A stretch of DNA of 64,000 nt from Myxococcales bacterium. Its GTDB lineage: Bacteria; Lernaellota; Lernaellaia; Lernaellales; Lernaellaceae. The stretch covers positions 3,032 to 67,031 of the forward strand of contig JAAYVF010000107.1 in assembly GCA_012517325.1 (NCBI GenBank), given 5' to 3'. Both the position numbers and the translations under genes were made by a program. Shown here in pieces: positions 17,453 through 25,707 of the stretch. The notes under the pieces are model-generated. The model saw nothing but the letters and a program-made list of their open reading frames with translations. It was not told the origin of the DNA and searched no databases. The stretch's first letter is position 1, and each line of letters starts with the position of its first letter.

Positions 17453-18201
17453 AATCCGGCGCTGGAATAATAGTGAACGGTCAGCGCCGTCAGTAACGGC
17501 ACCGCCCAGCGGTCGTAGGGTTGCGGCGTGTAGAGTTGGGTGACCGTGGCCACGGCGGTCGCCAGGAGGGCGCCGAAGAAGGACCAGGGCCCGAACCAGA
17601 CGCCGGGTATTTGCGCGAAACCGTAAATCACGGCGAACAGCAGGAGCAGGCTGGCGACGGCCATCCCGGCGATGCCTTCGAAGGTCCGGTTCCGCAACTC
17701 GCGGTCGCGAAACCGCTGGTGGCCCCAATAGCGGCCGACGATCGCCGCCGTCCCCCGCGCCGTCGTCTGGACCAGAACCCCCGAAATCAGAATGAATTGG
17801 TAGCCCGGCCACCAGAACAGCAGTGCCAGGACCAGGGCGGGCCACAGGGTGCCCAGCGGCGGTTCCTCGTTTTCGCCGTCCGCGAGCAGCGGTTTCATCC
17901 AGGGGTGCCGGCGGGCGCGATAATTCACGTACATCAGCAAGAGCGGCGCGAACCACATCGCGGGCCAGAGGGCGATCCAGTAAAAGGCGATGATCACCCA
18001 GCCGCCCGCGACCACCTGCAGGATGCGCCGGGCCAGCCAGGGGGAAATTCGCGACGAACGGCGTAGGAGGCGCGCGCCGGCAAGGGCCGCCAGGCCGTAG
18101 AAAACGCAGAGCATCACGCCGACGGCGTTCCGGGCCGTTCCCGTGGTGGCGAAGAGAATCGCGGTTTTGAGCAAACCGAGCCAACCGGCGTCGGGCGACA
18201 C
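17443..18201 (-). CDS. CTP-transferase-1 family membrane protein (polyprenol/dolichol-kinase-like or CdsA-like)
   Basis: A multi-TM protein with ...GTAAIVGRYWGHQRF... followed by NRTFEGIAGM, which fits the K(T/S)xEG polyprenol-kinase motif. I chose the GTG at 18201 because GGGAGG lies 10 nt upstream; the longer track ORF overlaps the radical SAM gene. Confidence 0.5.
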   Translation of the reverse strand: MSPDAGWLGLLKTAILFATTGTARNAVGVMLCVFYGLAALAGARLLRRSSRISPWLARRILQVVAGGWVIIAFYWIALWPAMWFAPLLLMYVNYRARRHPWMKPLLADGENEEPPLGTLWPALVLALLFWWPGYQFILISGVLVQTTARGTAAIVGRYWGHQRFRDRELRNRTFEGIAGMAVASLLLLFAVIYGFAQIPGVWFGPWSFFGALLATAVATVTQLYTPQPYDRWAVPLLTALTVHYYSSAGFHF

Positions 18202-18248
18202 GAGTCTATTACCTCCCGGCTGCGAATCGATTCTTGGTATACCAGAAA

Positions 18249-19298
18249 TTAAAGAAAATTGCCGTGCGGTTTTTCCGGGTTGGCCAGGTAGGCGAACAGG
18301 TCGTTGTAATGGTCGTAGCGCATGTACGAAGTGTGCCCGACGCAAATCCGTTTGCAGTGGCCGGCCGTGATCTTGCGCAGGATTTGCCGTCGCTCCTTGC
18401 CGTGCCAGAGCTCCGGCAGGCTTTTTTCGTAGATGCTGCCGAAACAATACTGCTTGTTGCCGCGCGTCGAGCAGCAGGCGTACAAGCCGCCGTCCGCGCC
18501 GAGGATCCCCACCAGGTGGTGGCCCAAGCACAGCTCGTAGGGCTTGGCGTGGATGCCCTTCGAGAAATTGTAGATGCGGAAGCCCATCACGGTGAAATTC
18601 TCATCCTCGTATTGCCGCCGGGCGAACAGGTAGTTGGCGTCGATGCTCATGTAGAGTTCGGTGTCGAACATCTCCTCGGTGGCGACGACCCGTTTGAAGG
18701 CGATGTACCGGCAGCCGGCTTCCTTGGCCCGCTTGGCCGCGATGGCCATTTCGTGGAAGGTGGACGGGTGGATGATGTAGATGATGCCGGTGTACAGATC
18801 CTTGGCGACCGCGTTGATCCCTTCCTGGATTTTGGCGAAGGCGTTCGGATTGACCGGCCGGTGGGTCATGCGGTGCGTCTCGGCGCTGCCGGCGTCGAGC
18901 GAAATCCGCAACCACGAACAGGTTTCCAGGATCACGTCGCGAAAATCGATCACCCGCTCGCCGTTGGTGATGATGCCGACGTCCAGGCCGATTTTTTTCG
19001 CGTGGCGCAGCAAATCGGCGATGTACGGATAGACCAGCGGTTCGCCGCCGCCCTTGATCACCAGGCTCCGGACGCCCATCTCCTTGGCGTCGGAGATGAT
19101 CTTTAACGCGACGTCCCGGGGCAGAAAAACGCCGCGATTTTCCTCGCGGTGGTGGTAGTCGATGCACCAGACGCAATTGTGGTTGCACGAATTGGTCGGG
19201 TCCATTTCCAGCGTGACCGGCGGCGGCAGTTCGCCGCGCAGCACCGCCTGGATGCGATCGATGTGATTGATGATCTTGAATTCGGAGAATTCCCGCAC
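18249..19298 (-). CDS. radical SAM protein with SPASM-like C-terminal Cys cluster
   Basis: 349 aa with CNHNCVWC (CxxxCxxC) near the N-terminus and additional C-terminal cysteines (CCSTRGNKQYC...CKRIC). Confidence 0.75.
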   Translation of the reverse strand: MREFSEFKIINHIDRIQAVLRGELPPPVTLEMDPTNSCNHNCVWCIDYHHREENRGVFLPRDVALKIISDAKEMGVRSLVIKGGGEPLVYPYIADLLRHAKKIGLDVGIITNGERVIDFRDVILETCSWLRISLDAGSAETHRMTHRPVNPNAFAKIQEGINAVAKDLYTGIIYIIHPSTFHEMAIAAKRAKEAGCRYIAFKRVVATEEMFDTELYMSIDANYLFARRQYEDENFTVMGFRIYNFSKGIHAKPYELCLGHHLVGILGADGGLYACCSTRGNKQYCFGSIYEKSLPELWHGKERRQILRKITAGHCKRICVGHTSYMRYDHYNDLFAYLANPEKPHGNFL

Positions 19299-19474
19299 CG
19301 GTCACTCCTCTTGTTCCGATTGTTTCGGTCGAAAAGGTCCCGGAACATTAGCTCTTTCGATAAGATAGGGTAGAAAAGGCCGCCGATCAATGGGCGGGCG
19401 CCGGTTGTTGCGAACCGGTCGGGATAATTGGCTCAGGCAGCGGCCGGCGGATGGCCGCTGAATCGTCGCCGCGG

Positions 19475-20068
19475 CTACTTCAATTTGTTGAAAATCCGCT
19501 GATTTTCCTCGGCGTCGCGGCGCAGTTCCTCGTGCCAGTCGCGCTTGAAGCGGGGAGCGGCGCGAAAATCCTCGTAAAGTTGCCGGCCCAGTTCCGATTT
19601 GCTGACGCCCTCGGGCGCGACGCGGATGTCGATCTGCGCCATCGCCAGGTCGAAGTCGGTGGACATCACGGTTTCGGCGTCCAGTTCGTAGGCCTTGAGG
19701 GCTTCGTTGATCCGGTCCGGCGAACTGCGGAACCGCCGCGCCAAGTCGTGGATGTTTTGCGGCCGGAACTGGTTGTCGGCGGTGATGCCCAGGTGATAGG
19801 CCATGAACAATTGGCACGGGTCGATGCCGTCGATCAGCTTGTAATCGCGGCGCGGCGGATAGTACAGTTCGCGCGGTTTGGCCGGCGCGGCCGATCTGCC
19901 GTCCGAAAGGCTCATCGCTTCCTTGTCGTAATACTCGTCGGGCAGTTTGCGACCCGACGGCGTGGGGGCCTGCGGTTGCGGTTCCCGGCGATCGAACGGA
20001 TCGGCGGCTTTGGGTTCCTGTTTCTTGCGGCGCAGGATGACGTCGGGCTGTTTGTAGGATTTCATCAT
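19475..20068 (-). CDS. hypothetical protein
   Basis: 197-aa ORF (MMKSYKQPDVILRRKKQEPK...). It has a basic low-complexity N-terminus and a plausible ordered C-terminal half. It sits in an operon with the radical SAM gene. Confidence 0.45.
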   Translation of the reverse strand: MMKSYKQPDVILRRKKQEPKAADPFDRREPQPQAPTPSGRKLPDEYYDKEAMSLSDGRSAAPAKPRELYYPPRRDYKLIDGIDPCQLFMAYHLGITADNQFRPQNIHDLARRFRSSPDRINEALKAYELDAETVMSTDFDLAMAQIDIRVAPEGVSKSELGRQLYEDFRAAPRFKRDWHEELRRDAEENQRIFNKLK

Positions 20069-20105
20069 CGGTTCTCTTTTTTTTCGGGCGATTGGCCGGC
20101 CGGGG

Positions 20106-21269
20106 TCATTCGCCGAGGGTGCGGCGGATCGCGCGCATCGTTTTCTCCCAATCCTCGCCCATTCGCGCAGTGATAAAAACGGCCAACAGACTGTCGAATA
20201 ATTGAATGCCGGTTTCCAGCAGGTGCAGGCGCTCGAAAAAGACCGCGTCGCGCTCGGCGGCCGGATCGGTGGTTTCGTCCTTTTCGATCCGCACGCCGGG
20301 GCACTTGTACGAGGCGAAGGCGAACGACTCGGCCTTGAGGGTCAGTTTCCAGGCCAGCTCGCCCTTTTCGAAGTGCAGCGTGGCCTCGGTCGGCTGCTTG
20401 CCGACCTGCGCCGCCTTGCGCGCCTCGGCGAAGTCCTTCAGGTGGCCGGTGAAGGCGCTTTTACGCACGCCGTGCTCGTCCTCGTCCTGAAACACCAGCC
20501 GATCGTTCACGTAGGCGATGAACGCGTCGCCGGCCGCGGCCGGGCCGGGCTGGCCGACCTCGTACGCCGAGTCGGAATGGCGGGTGCGGTGCATCAGCCA
20601 GAGGAGCAGGTCGTTGCCGATCCAGCGATTGGCTTTGAGCTGGGTGGCCACGTCCTGATCGAACGCCGGATTGGCCTCGTCGAGGGCGCGGTGCAGTTTC
20701 TTGTCGGCGACCCGCTTGGCGCGGGCGGCCGGATGCAGCGCGGTCAGCGTCAGGCCGGGAAAGGTCTTGGCGAATTCGTCCTGAATCAGATCCATCGACT
20801 TGGCCGCGGTCGTCGTCGCCGTGACGAGGCCGCGCTCCAGATTCCACACCAGGTCGATCGTCGTCGGGGTGGGCAGGGTGCGCGCCCGCAGTTCGAAGGT
20901 CACCCGGTCGCGGATTTCCAGGCGCGCCTGTGTCGGCACGCGCTGCTGGCCGGGGTGCGCCTGCAGCCATTGTTCGCATTCGCGGGCGAACAGGCGGCGC
21001 AATAAAAAGGCCGGCGGCTTGCGGCGGTCGCGGCGGAGGGTCGCCACGAGGTAGTGGTCGCGCAGAAACGAGTAGTGATTGCCGAAGTCGGCGCTCAGGT
21101 TGTCGTCGAGGGTCACCCAGCCCTGCGATTCCTCGTCGGTGGTCTCGTCGATGGCGCGGAAGCAGAACCGCGACAGGCCGTGCTCGGCCCAGACGGCGAA
21201 ATCCTTTTGCGGCGGTTTGCCGTTGACCGCGAATTGCGCGACGCTGACGGTGTTGGCTAGCAGACCCAT
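20106..21269 (-). CDS. rdgC: RdgC-like recombination-associated protein
   Basis: The internal ATG (rc cat 21267-21269, GGAG upstream) gives a 388-aa protein MGLLANTVSVAQF... whose C-terminal ...LHLLETGIQLFDSLLAVF block resembles the RdgC C-terminus. Assignment is from memory and weak. Confidence 0.45.
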   Translation of the reverse strand: MGLLANTVSVAQFAVNGKPPQKDFAVWAEHGLSRFCFRAIDETTDEESQGWVTLDDNLSADFGNHYSFLRDHYLVATLRRDRRKPPAFLLRRLFARECEQWLQAHPGQQRVPTQARLEIRDRVTFELRARTLPTPTTIDLVWNLERGLVTATTTAAKSMDLIQDEFAKTFPGLTLTALHPAARAKRVADKKLHRALDEANPAFDQDVATQLKANRWIGNDLLLWLMHRTRHSDSAYEVGQPGPAAAGDAFIAYVNDRLVFQDEDEHGVRKSAFTGHLKDFAEARKAAQVGKQPTEATLHFEKGELAWKLTLKAESFAFASYKCPGVRIEKDETTDPAAERDAVFFERLHLLETGIQLFDSLLAVFITARMGEDWEKTMRAIRRTLGE

Positions 21270-21331
21270 GTTTTTCGGCTCCTTCGAACGGGCTTGTTTA
21301 GTACACCAATCGCTTTTCGGCGGCAACCAGG

Positions 21332-21371
21332 TTGACACGAATCCGCTTTTTGAATATTGTGCATATGCACA
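21332..21371 (+). promoter_or_regulatory. sigma70-like promoter (TTGACA-17-TATTGT) overlapping a perfect 14-bp palindrome TGTGCATATGCACA (candidate operator)
   Basis: Read directly: TTGACA at 21332-21337, a 17-nt spacer, TATTGT at 21355-21360, and the palindrome at 21358-21371. It lies 16 nt upstream of the DUF134 start codon. Confidence 0.5.
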
Positions 21372-21386
21372 TAATAAGGTGGCGCC

Positions 21387-21692
21387 ATGACCGGCCGCCC
21401 GAAAAAACCGCGCTTCTGTCGCTGTCCCTACGGCGGGCGCGCGTTCAAACCGACGCGTATCCCCATGTTCGAACTGGAAAAAATCCGGTTGAGCCGGGAC
21501 GAGCTGGAGGTTTTGCGGCTTTGCGACCTGCAAGGGATGACGCAGGAGCAGGCCGGGCGGGAGATGGGCGTTTCGCGCGGGACGGTACAGCGGCTGGCGG
21601 CCGCCGCCCGGTCCAAGGTGGCGCGGGCGCTGGTCGAGGGATGCGCGCTGCTGCTGGGGGACGAGATCCCCGCAACCGAGGAGCAACCATGA
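21387..21692 (+). CDS. DUF134 (UPF0251) family putative DNA-binding protein
   Basis: 101 aa; the N-terminus MTGRPKKPRFCRCPYGGRAFKP plus an HTH-like C-terminus (LQGMTQEQAGREMGVSRGTVQRL) is typical of DUF134. AAGGTGG lies upstream. Confidence 0.7.
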   Translation: MTGRPKKPRFCRCPYGGRAFKPTRIPMFELEKIRLSRDELEVLRLCDLQGMTQEQAGREMGVSRGTVQRLAAAARSKVARALVEGCALLLGDEIPATEEQP

Positions 21693-22069
21693 ACATCTGC
21701 ATTCCGATCGAAAACGATCAAGGTCTCGACAGTCACGTCTACGGTCACTTCGGCTCGGCGCCGTTGTTTCTGGTGATCGATACCGAAACGGGCGCTTGCC
21801 GGACCATCGCCAACGCCAACCGCGTTCACGGGCACGGCATGTGCCAGCCGGTCGCGGCCCTGGGCGGCGAAAAAGTAGACGGCATCGTCGTGGGCGGCAT
21901 CGGCCTGGGCGCGCTGACCAAGCTCAACGCGGCCGGCTACCGGGTTTTTCAAGCCAACCATGCCACGGCCAAGGAAACCATTGAGGCGTTTCGCGGCGGC
22001 AAGTTGGCGGTCGTTTCCGCCGACCATGCCTGTCAGGGCGGGCATCACGGTCAGGGCGGTTGCCACTGA
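21689..22069 (+). CDS. NifX/NifB-C-terminal-like dinitrogenase FeMo-cofactor-biosynthesis-domain protein
   Basis: MNICIPIENDQGLDSHVYGHFGSAPLFLVIDTETG...VVGGIG matches the PF02579-type fold. The start overlaps the DUF134 stop as ATGA. Confidence 0.7.
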   Translation: MNICIPIENDQGLDSHVYGHFGSAPLFLVIDTETGACRTIANANRVHGHGMCQPVAALGGEKVDGIVVGGIGLGALTKLNAAGYRVFQANHATAKETIEAFRGGKLAVVSADHACQGGHHGQGGCH

Positions 22070-22115
22070 AACCACGCCGTTCGCCCGCGGGGCGGACAAG
22101 CGGAAAGATAAAAAC

Positions 22116-22346
22116 ATGCCGTTATACGAATATCATTGCGTAGCCTGCGGCCGGCGGTTCGAGCAGCTGCAACCGGCCGCCGCGAGTCCAGCGCCGGCTT
22201 GTCCCGACTGCGGCCGGCCGACCGAAAAACTCCTGTCGGCGCCCGGCGCTCTTCAAATCAAGGAAGGCGGGCATCCCGCCGGCGGGCAACCCTGTTGCGG
22301 CGCCGCCGGGCCGTGCGATCACCCGAAGCGCTGTTGCGAGCAATGA
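22116..22346 (+). CDS. FmdB-family zinc-ribbon protein
   Basis: MPLYEYHCVACGRRFEQL...CPDCG contains CxxC...CPxCG, which is the FmdB signature. The track ORF starts earlier in an Arg-rich region. Confidence 0.65.
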   Translation: MPLYEYHCVACGRRFEQLQPAAASPAPACPDCGRPTEKLLSAPGALQIKEGGHPAGGQPCCGAAGPCDHPKRCCEQ

Positions 22347-22606
22347 AGCAGCGAACCGACAAGCCGCGGCCGGTGATCGACGCGGGCCGTTGCGACAACT
22401 GCGGGATCTGTGTCGAGGGCTGCCCCAGCCGGGCGATCCAGGAAACCTTCAACACCACCTGCGCCAAGTGCGTGAAGTATTGCCTGACCTACCAGGTGCC
22501 CTGCACGCCGCGGGCGTTGATCGTCAGGCCGGAGTTATGCACCGGCTGCGGGCGGTGCGTCGAGATTTGCCCCCGCGGAGCCATCGCCTGGGAAGAAGAA
22601 GGTTGA
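22343..22606 (+). CDS. 4Fe-4S dicluster ferredoxin
   Basis: MKQRTDKPRPVIDAGRCDNCGICVEGCP...CTGCGRCVEICP carries two Cys clusters. The start overlaps the FmdB stop as ATGA. Confidence 0.7.
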   Translation: MKQRTDKPRPVIDAGRCDNCGICVEGCPSRAIQETFNTTCAKCVKYCLTYQVPCTPRALIVRPELCTGCGRCVEICPRGAIAWEEEG

Positions 22607-22619
22607 AGCCGGCCGCGGC

Positions 22620-23609
22620 CTACAGCGTGTAGGTGACGCCGGCGGTCAGCACCTCGACTTGCGCCTTGACCTCGGCGGCGATGCGCTGCAGGGAATGGTC
22701 GCAGGTGTCGTGCGCCGACAGCAAAATCCGTTCAGCGCCGGATTCGTTCAGCGACCGGATCGTGCGGTCCAGGTCGCGGTCGTCGATCCGTTCCCACCAC
22801 CCCTTGCCGGTGCCGATGATCTGCTGAAATTCGATGCCCAGTTTCGCGCCGCGCGACTGGGTGATCGGGAAATGCAGCCCGCCGATGATCGCGTGAATCG
22901 GCTCGGCCGACAAGCGGCGCACCATTTGGATGATGACTTCGATGGTCGGATGGCCGCACCCGGTGACGATGACCAGGCCTTTCCCGGCAAGCCGGGCGAT
23001 CACCGCCTGTTCCTCGGTGATGCCGGTGAAGCACAGCATCCGGGCCAGCGGGCCGGTCGAGGCGAAGCCCGTGGGGAGCGCGCGCGGCGCGTCGATCACC
23101 TCGGCCGTCAGGCCCGGCGTCGCGCAGGGAGCGGGCAGATAGCAGGGGAGATCCTGGGGCGGCGCGAATCCCGGCGGAATGAGCACCGACTTGCGCCGCA
23201 CGGCCGTCAGTCCGCCCATGTGGTCTGGGTGCAGGTGGGAAATGAAAAGCGCTTGCCAGGCGGCGGGGTCGATCCCCAGGTTGGCGGCATTGTGGGCGAA
23301 CGCCGGGCGCTCGGGACCGAAACCGACGTCCATGAGCATCACGCCCCGCTCGTGGCGCAACTGGTAGACGACCGCGGCGTCGCCGATAAAGCCGTCGGCG
23401 TGGCGATGGTCCACGATGACGGTCAACTCGAAGCGTTGCCGGGCGGGCAGCTCGAGCGGCGCGGCCTTTTCGAGCCGCGCGGCGTTCCTCGCCTCGGCCT
23501 CTTTCACCCCGGCGGTGAACTTCCGCGCTTGAATCGCCAGATAAGGAACCAAGGCGGGAGAAGTCGCCGCCAACAACGGCCACCAATAGGGAGCGATGCG
23601 GTATTTCAT
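22620..23609 (-). CDS. MBL-fold metallo-hydrolase (membrane-anchored N-terminus)
   Basis: The HLHPDHMGG motif and TGCGHPT are present. I chose the start MKYRIAPYWWPLLAA (rc cat 23607-23609). Confidence 0.7.
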   Translation of the reverse strand: MKYRIAPYWWPLLAATSPALVPYLAIQARKFTAGVKEAEARNAARLEKAAPLELPARQRFELTVIVDHRHADGFIGDAAVVYQLRHERGVMLMDVGFGPERPAFAHNAANLGIDPAAWQALFISHLHPDHMGGLTAVRRKSVLIPPGFAPPQDLPCYLPAPCATPGLTAEVIDAPRALPTGFASTGPLARMLCFTGITEEQAVIARLAGKGLVIVTGCGHPTIEVIIQMVRRLSAEPIHAIIGGLHFPITQSRGAKLGIEFQQIIGTGKGWWERIDDRDLDRTIRSLNESGAERILLSAHDTCDHSLQRIAAEVKAQVEVLTAGVTYTL

Positions 23610-24055
23610 GGCGGCGATCGTAGCGTCCGGCGAGGGCTTTGAACAGGCCGCGGCCTCGCCCTCCTTCAAGTGTAAGAGCGGCTTAGCAGCCGCGATACAA
23701 ACCCATGCCGTCTTTTCGTGCGCAAGCCGGAATCCACACCGCCGCTCACCAACCCATCACTACCAATGAGCTTTGAAAATTCTCTGATTTACAAGCCTTG
23801 ACTTTGACAACGCATTGTAGTGTTATTTATCCATGTGCTGAGGAATGATCGAATCCTCGGTTGTGAGAAATTCCGACGGTAGTCGAAGGATGGAGTTAAA
23901 TAATGCTCCTGAAACTCCAATTTCTATATACTGTCCCCGAAAATCCGGAAATCCATCGGAAATCCGGAAAGCAAAAAGCGGAGGGAGATAAGTAATGTGT
24001 CCCCGGAATTCGGAATTCCCAATATTTTATTGCCGAAATTGTTATTAATGTTATC

Positions 24056-25366
24056 TTGCTATTTGTAATTCGCGAAGGTCAGGCAAAAGTATTTCTCACT
24101 AAACTTAACCAGACCGGTTCGGTTGCTTGGGAGTATTTTGAAGAGGCGGAATTCAGTTCCGAGGATTTGTTGTTATGTGGTGATGGCCTATATTTCGTTC
24201 GTGAACAAAGTCTATCGCGTCTGACGAAAAATGGCGAATTATCCTGGCAGGACGAATATCCCTATCAATATGGAAACATGCTTTGCGATGAAAATGATCA
24301 GGTTTTGTTGTTGGTCACTACAGCGGGCGCACCTGCGACCGCGATACTTTATCGTTATTCGATCGATGGTGAAAGAGAAACCATCGGCGAATATTATCTT
24401 GGAGAATTTGAGGCGAATCCGGCCATCCTTTATCCACTATCCGAGGCAAATTATTCAATCCATGTCGAAAGTGAATATGAGATGTATGAACAAATATTGA
24501 TAATTAATAAAATAAATGGGGAAGAAACGGGACGAATTGAAATCGAAACATCGTTGGGCGAAATGCTACCTTTTAAAATTGTGCGCTCCATGAATGACGA
24601 TTCGATTATTGTCCTATTACAAGCGGGCTGGGGAAATACCTACCTACAAAGATATAAAACGGACGGAACGCTTCTCTGGGAAGAAAAGCTGGAAAATATT
24701 GCATTTCCGACCTTGAACGTAAGTGAAAACAATGAAATCGTTTTAGTGGCGGCGGAATCAAACGACGAGGAATATTTACAAGGCCTTTATGTTATTAGAA
24801 AAATATTAGTAATTAAAAATGATGAAAACGGAAAAGATATGTCCCAGAATGTAATTATTCCACTTTTTGGTGGCGACCAGTCCGCAATCGGTGAAGCGGA
24901 TTTTATTATATTAGCTGGTGATAAGGTTGCTTTTATTGCTTCTTATTGTGCTGAACCATATTACCAAATATATCGTTCTATTATCTCTCAACGATTCACC
25001 ATGGACGGCAAACAAGAAATGTATGGGATAATGGACACAAAATATTCCTATTTAAGCATGGAAGAAACCTATGTCGACGCCGCGAATAATCAATATGTGT
25101 TGAGCCAAGGGGGACCAACCGGAGGGGAAATCGGTAACGAGGATATTGTCTGCGGTAAGATCAATGAAATCGGCCAGATTCAATGGATATATCATTACGA
25201 CTGTGGCGGTGGTCTGTTGGATCGTCCTTGGGGAATGGAAGTGGACGCTGAAGGCAGCGTCTACCTAGTGGGCGATGTGTGCCATGAGCAACCGGATATT
25301 TTCGACGATGATACAACCGTCGAGACCGACGAAGATAATGGCGACGAACCAGGCTGCGGCTGCTGA
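24056..25366 (+). CDS. AT-rich (foreign-composition) hypothetical protein ending in acidic linker plus GCGC-COOH; start uncertain
   Basis: A 436-aa ORF in a region of roughly 38% GC. The C-terminus is ...DIFDDDTTVETDEDNGDEPGCGC*. The track start is TTG with no SD and no obvious signal peptide, so the N-terminus may be mis-called or the gene degraded. Confidence 0.5.
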   Translation: MLFVIREGQAKVFLTKLNQTGSVAWEYFEEAEFSSEDLLLCGDGLYFVREQSLSRLTKNGELSWQDEYPYQYGNMLCDENDQVLLLVTTAGAPATAILYRYSIDGERETIGEYYLGEFEANPAILYPLSEANYSIHVESEYEMYEQILIINKINGEETGRIEIETSLGEMLPFKIVRSMNDDSIIVLLQAGWGNTYLQRYKTDGTLLWEEKLENIAFPTLNVSENNEIVLVAAESNDEEYLQGLYVIRKILVIKNDENGKDMSQNVIIPLFGGDQSAIGEADFIILAGDKVAFIASYCAEPYYQIYRSIISQRFTMDGKQEMYGIMDTKYSYLSMEETYVDAANNQYVLSQGGPTGGEIGNEDIVCGKINEIGQIQWIYHYDCGGGLLDRPWGMEVDAEGSVYLVGDVCHEQPDIFDDDTTVETDEDNGDEPGCGC

Positions 25367-25707
25367 TTCGTCCGCCTGCCGCCGTTTTCACATTCCACTT
25401 CCGCTCGGCATGGCCATCGATCCTAGCGGATCGAAGACCATGGCACCCCGAAAAGGATCGCACCCTTCGAGACGGACAAGGACCTCCTCAGACGGCGGTG
25501 AAAACCGGACACTTGTCAAATTTACGAAAACCTTTTCTTTTCCATTGGAAAACAAATGTCATTCAGCCTGCGGCAAGATCCACCCGACCGACTGGCGATG
25601 ATGCGTCTACCTATAGCCCCGACTGGCGAGAAGCGAAATTCGTGCTATTAAGGGGCAAACTTCGCGGTCGGCCGCGGCGCGGCCGGTCGCCGGACGAGGG
25701 AGCATCA

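Noticed and set aside
16193-18184. 663-aa minus-strand ORF overlapping the cytidylyltransferase and polyprenol-kinase-like genes
   Set aside because: It is antisense or out of frame to supported genes and Arg/Pro/Gly-rich.
23995-24048. 17-codon ORF MCPRNSEFPIFYCRNCY with a strong SD as a confident gene call
   Set aside because: It is too short to call without conservation or expression evidence. It is reported as a finding in the AT-rich control region rather than as a feature.
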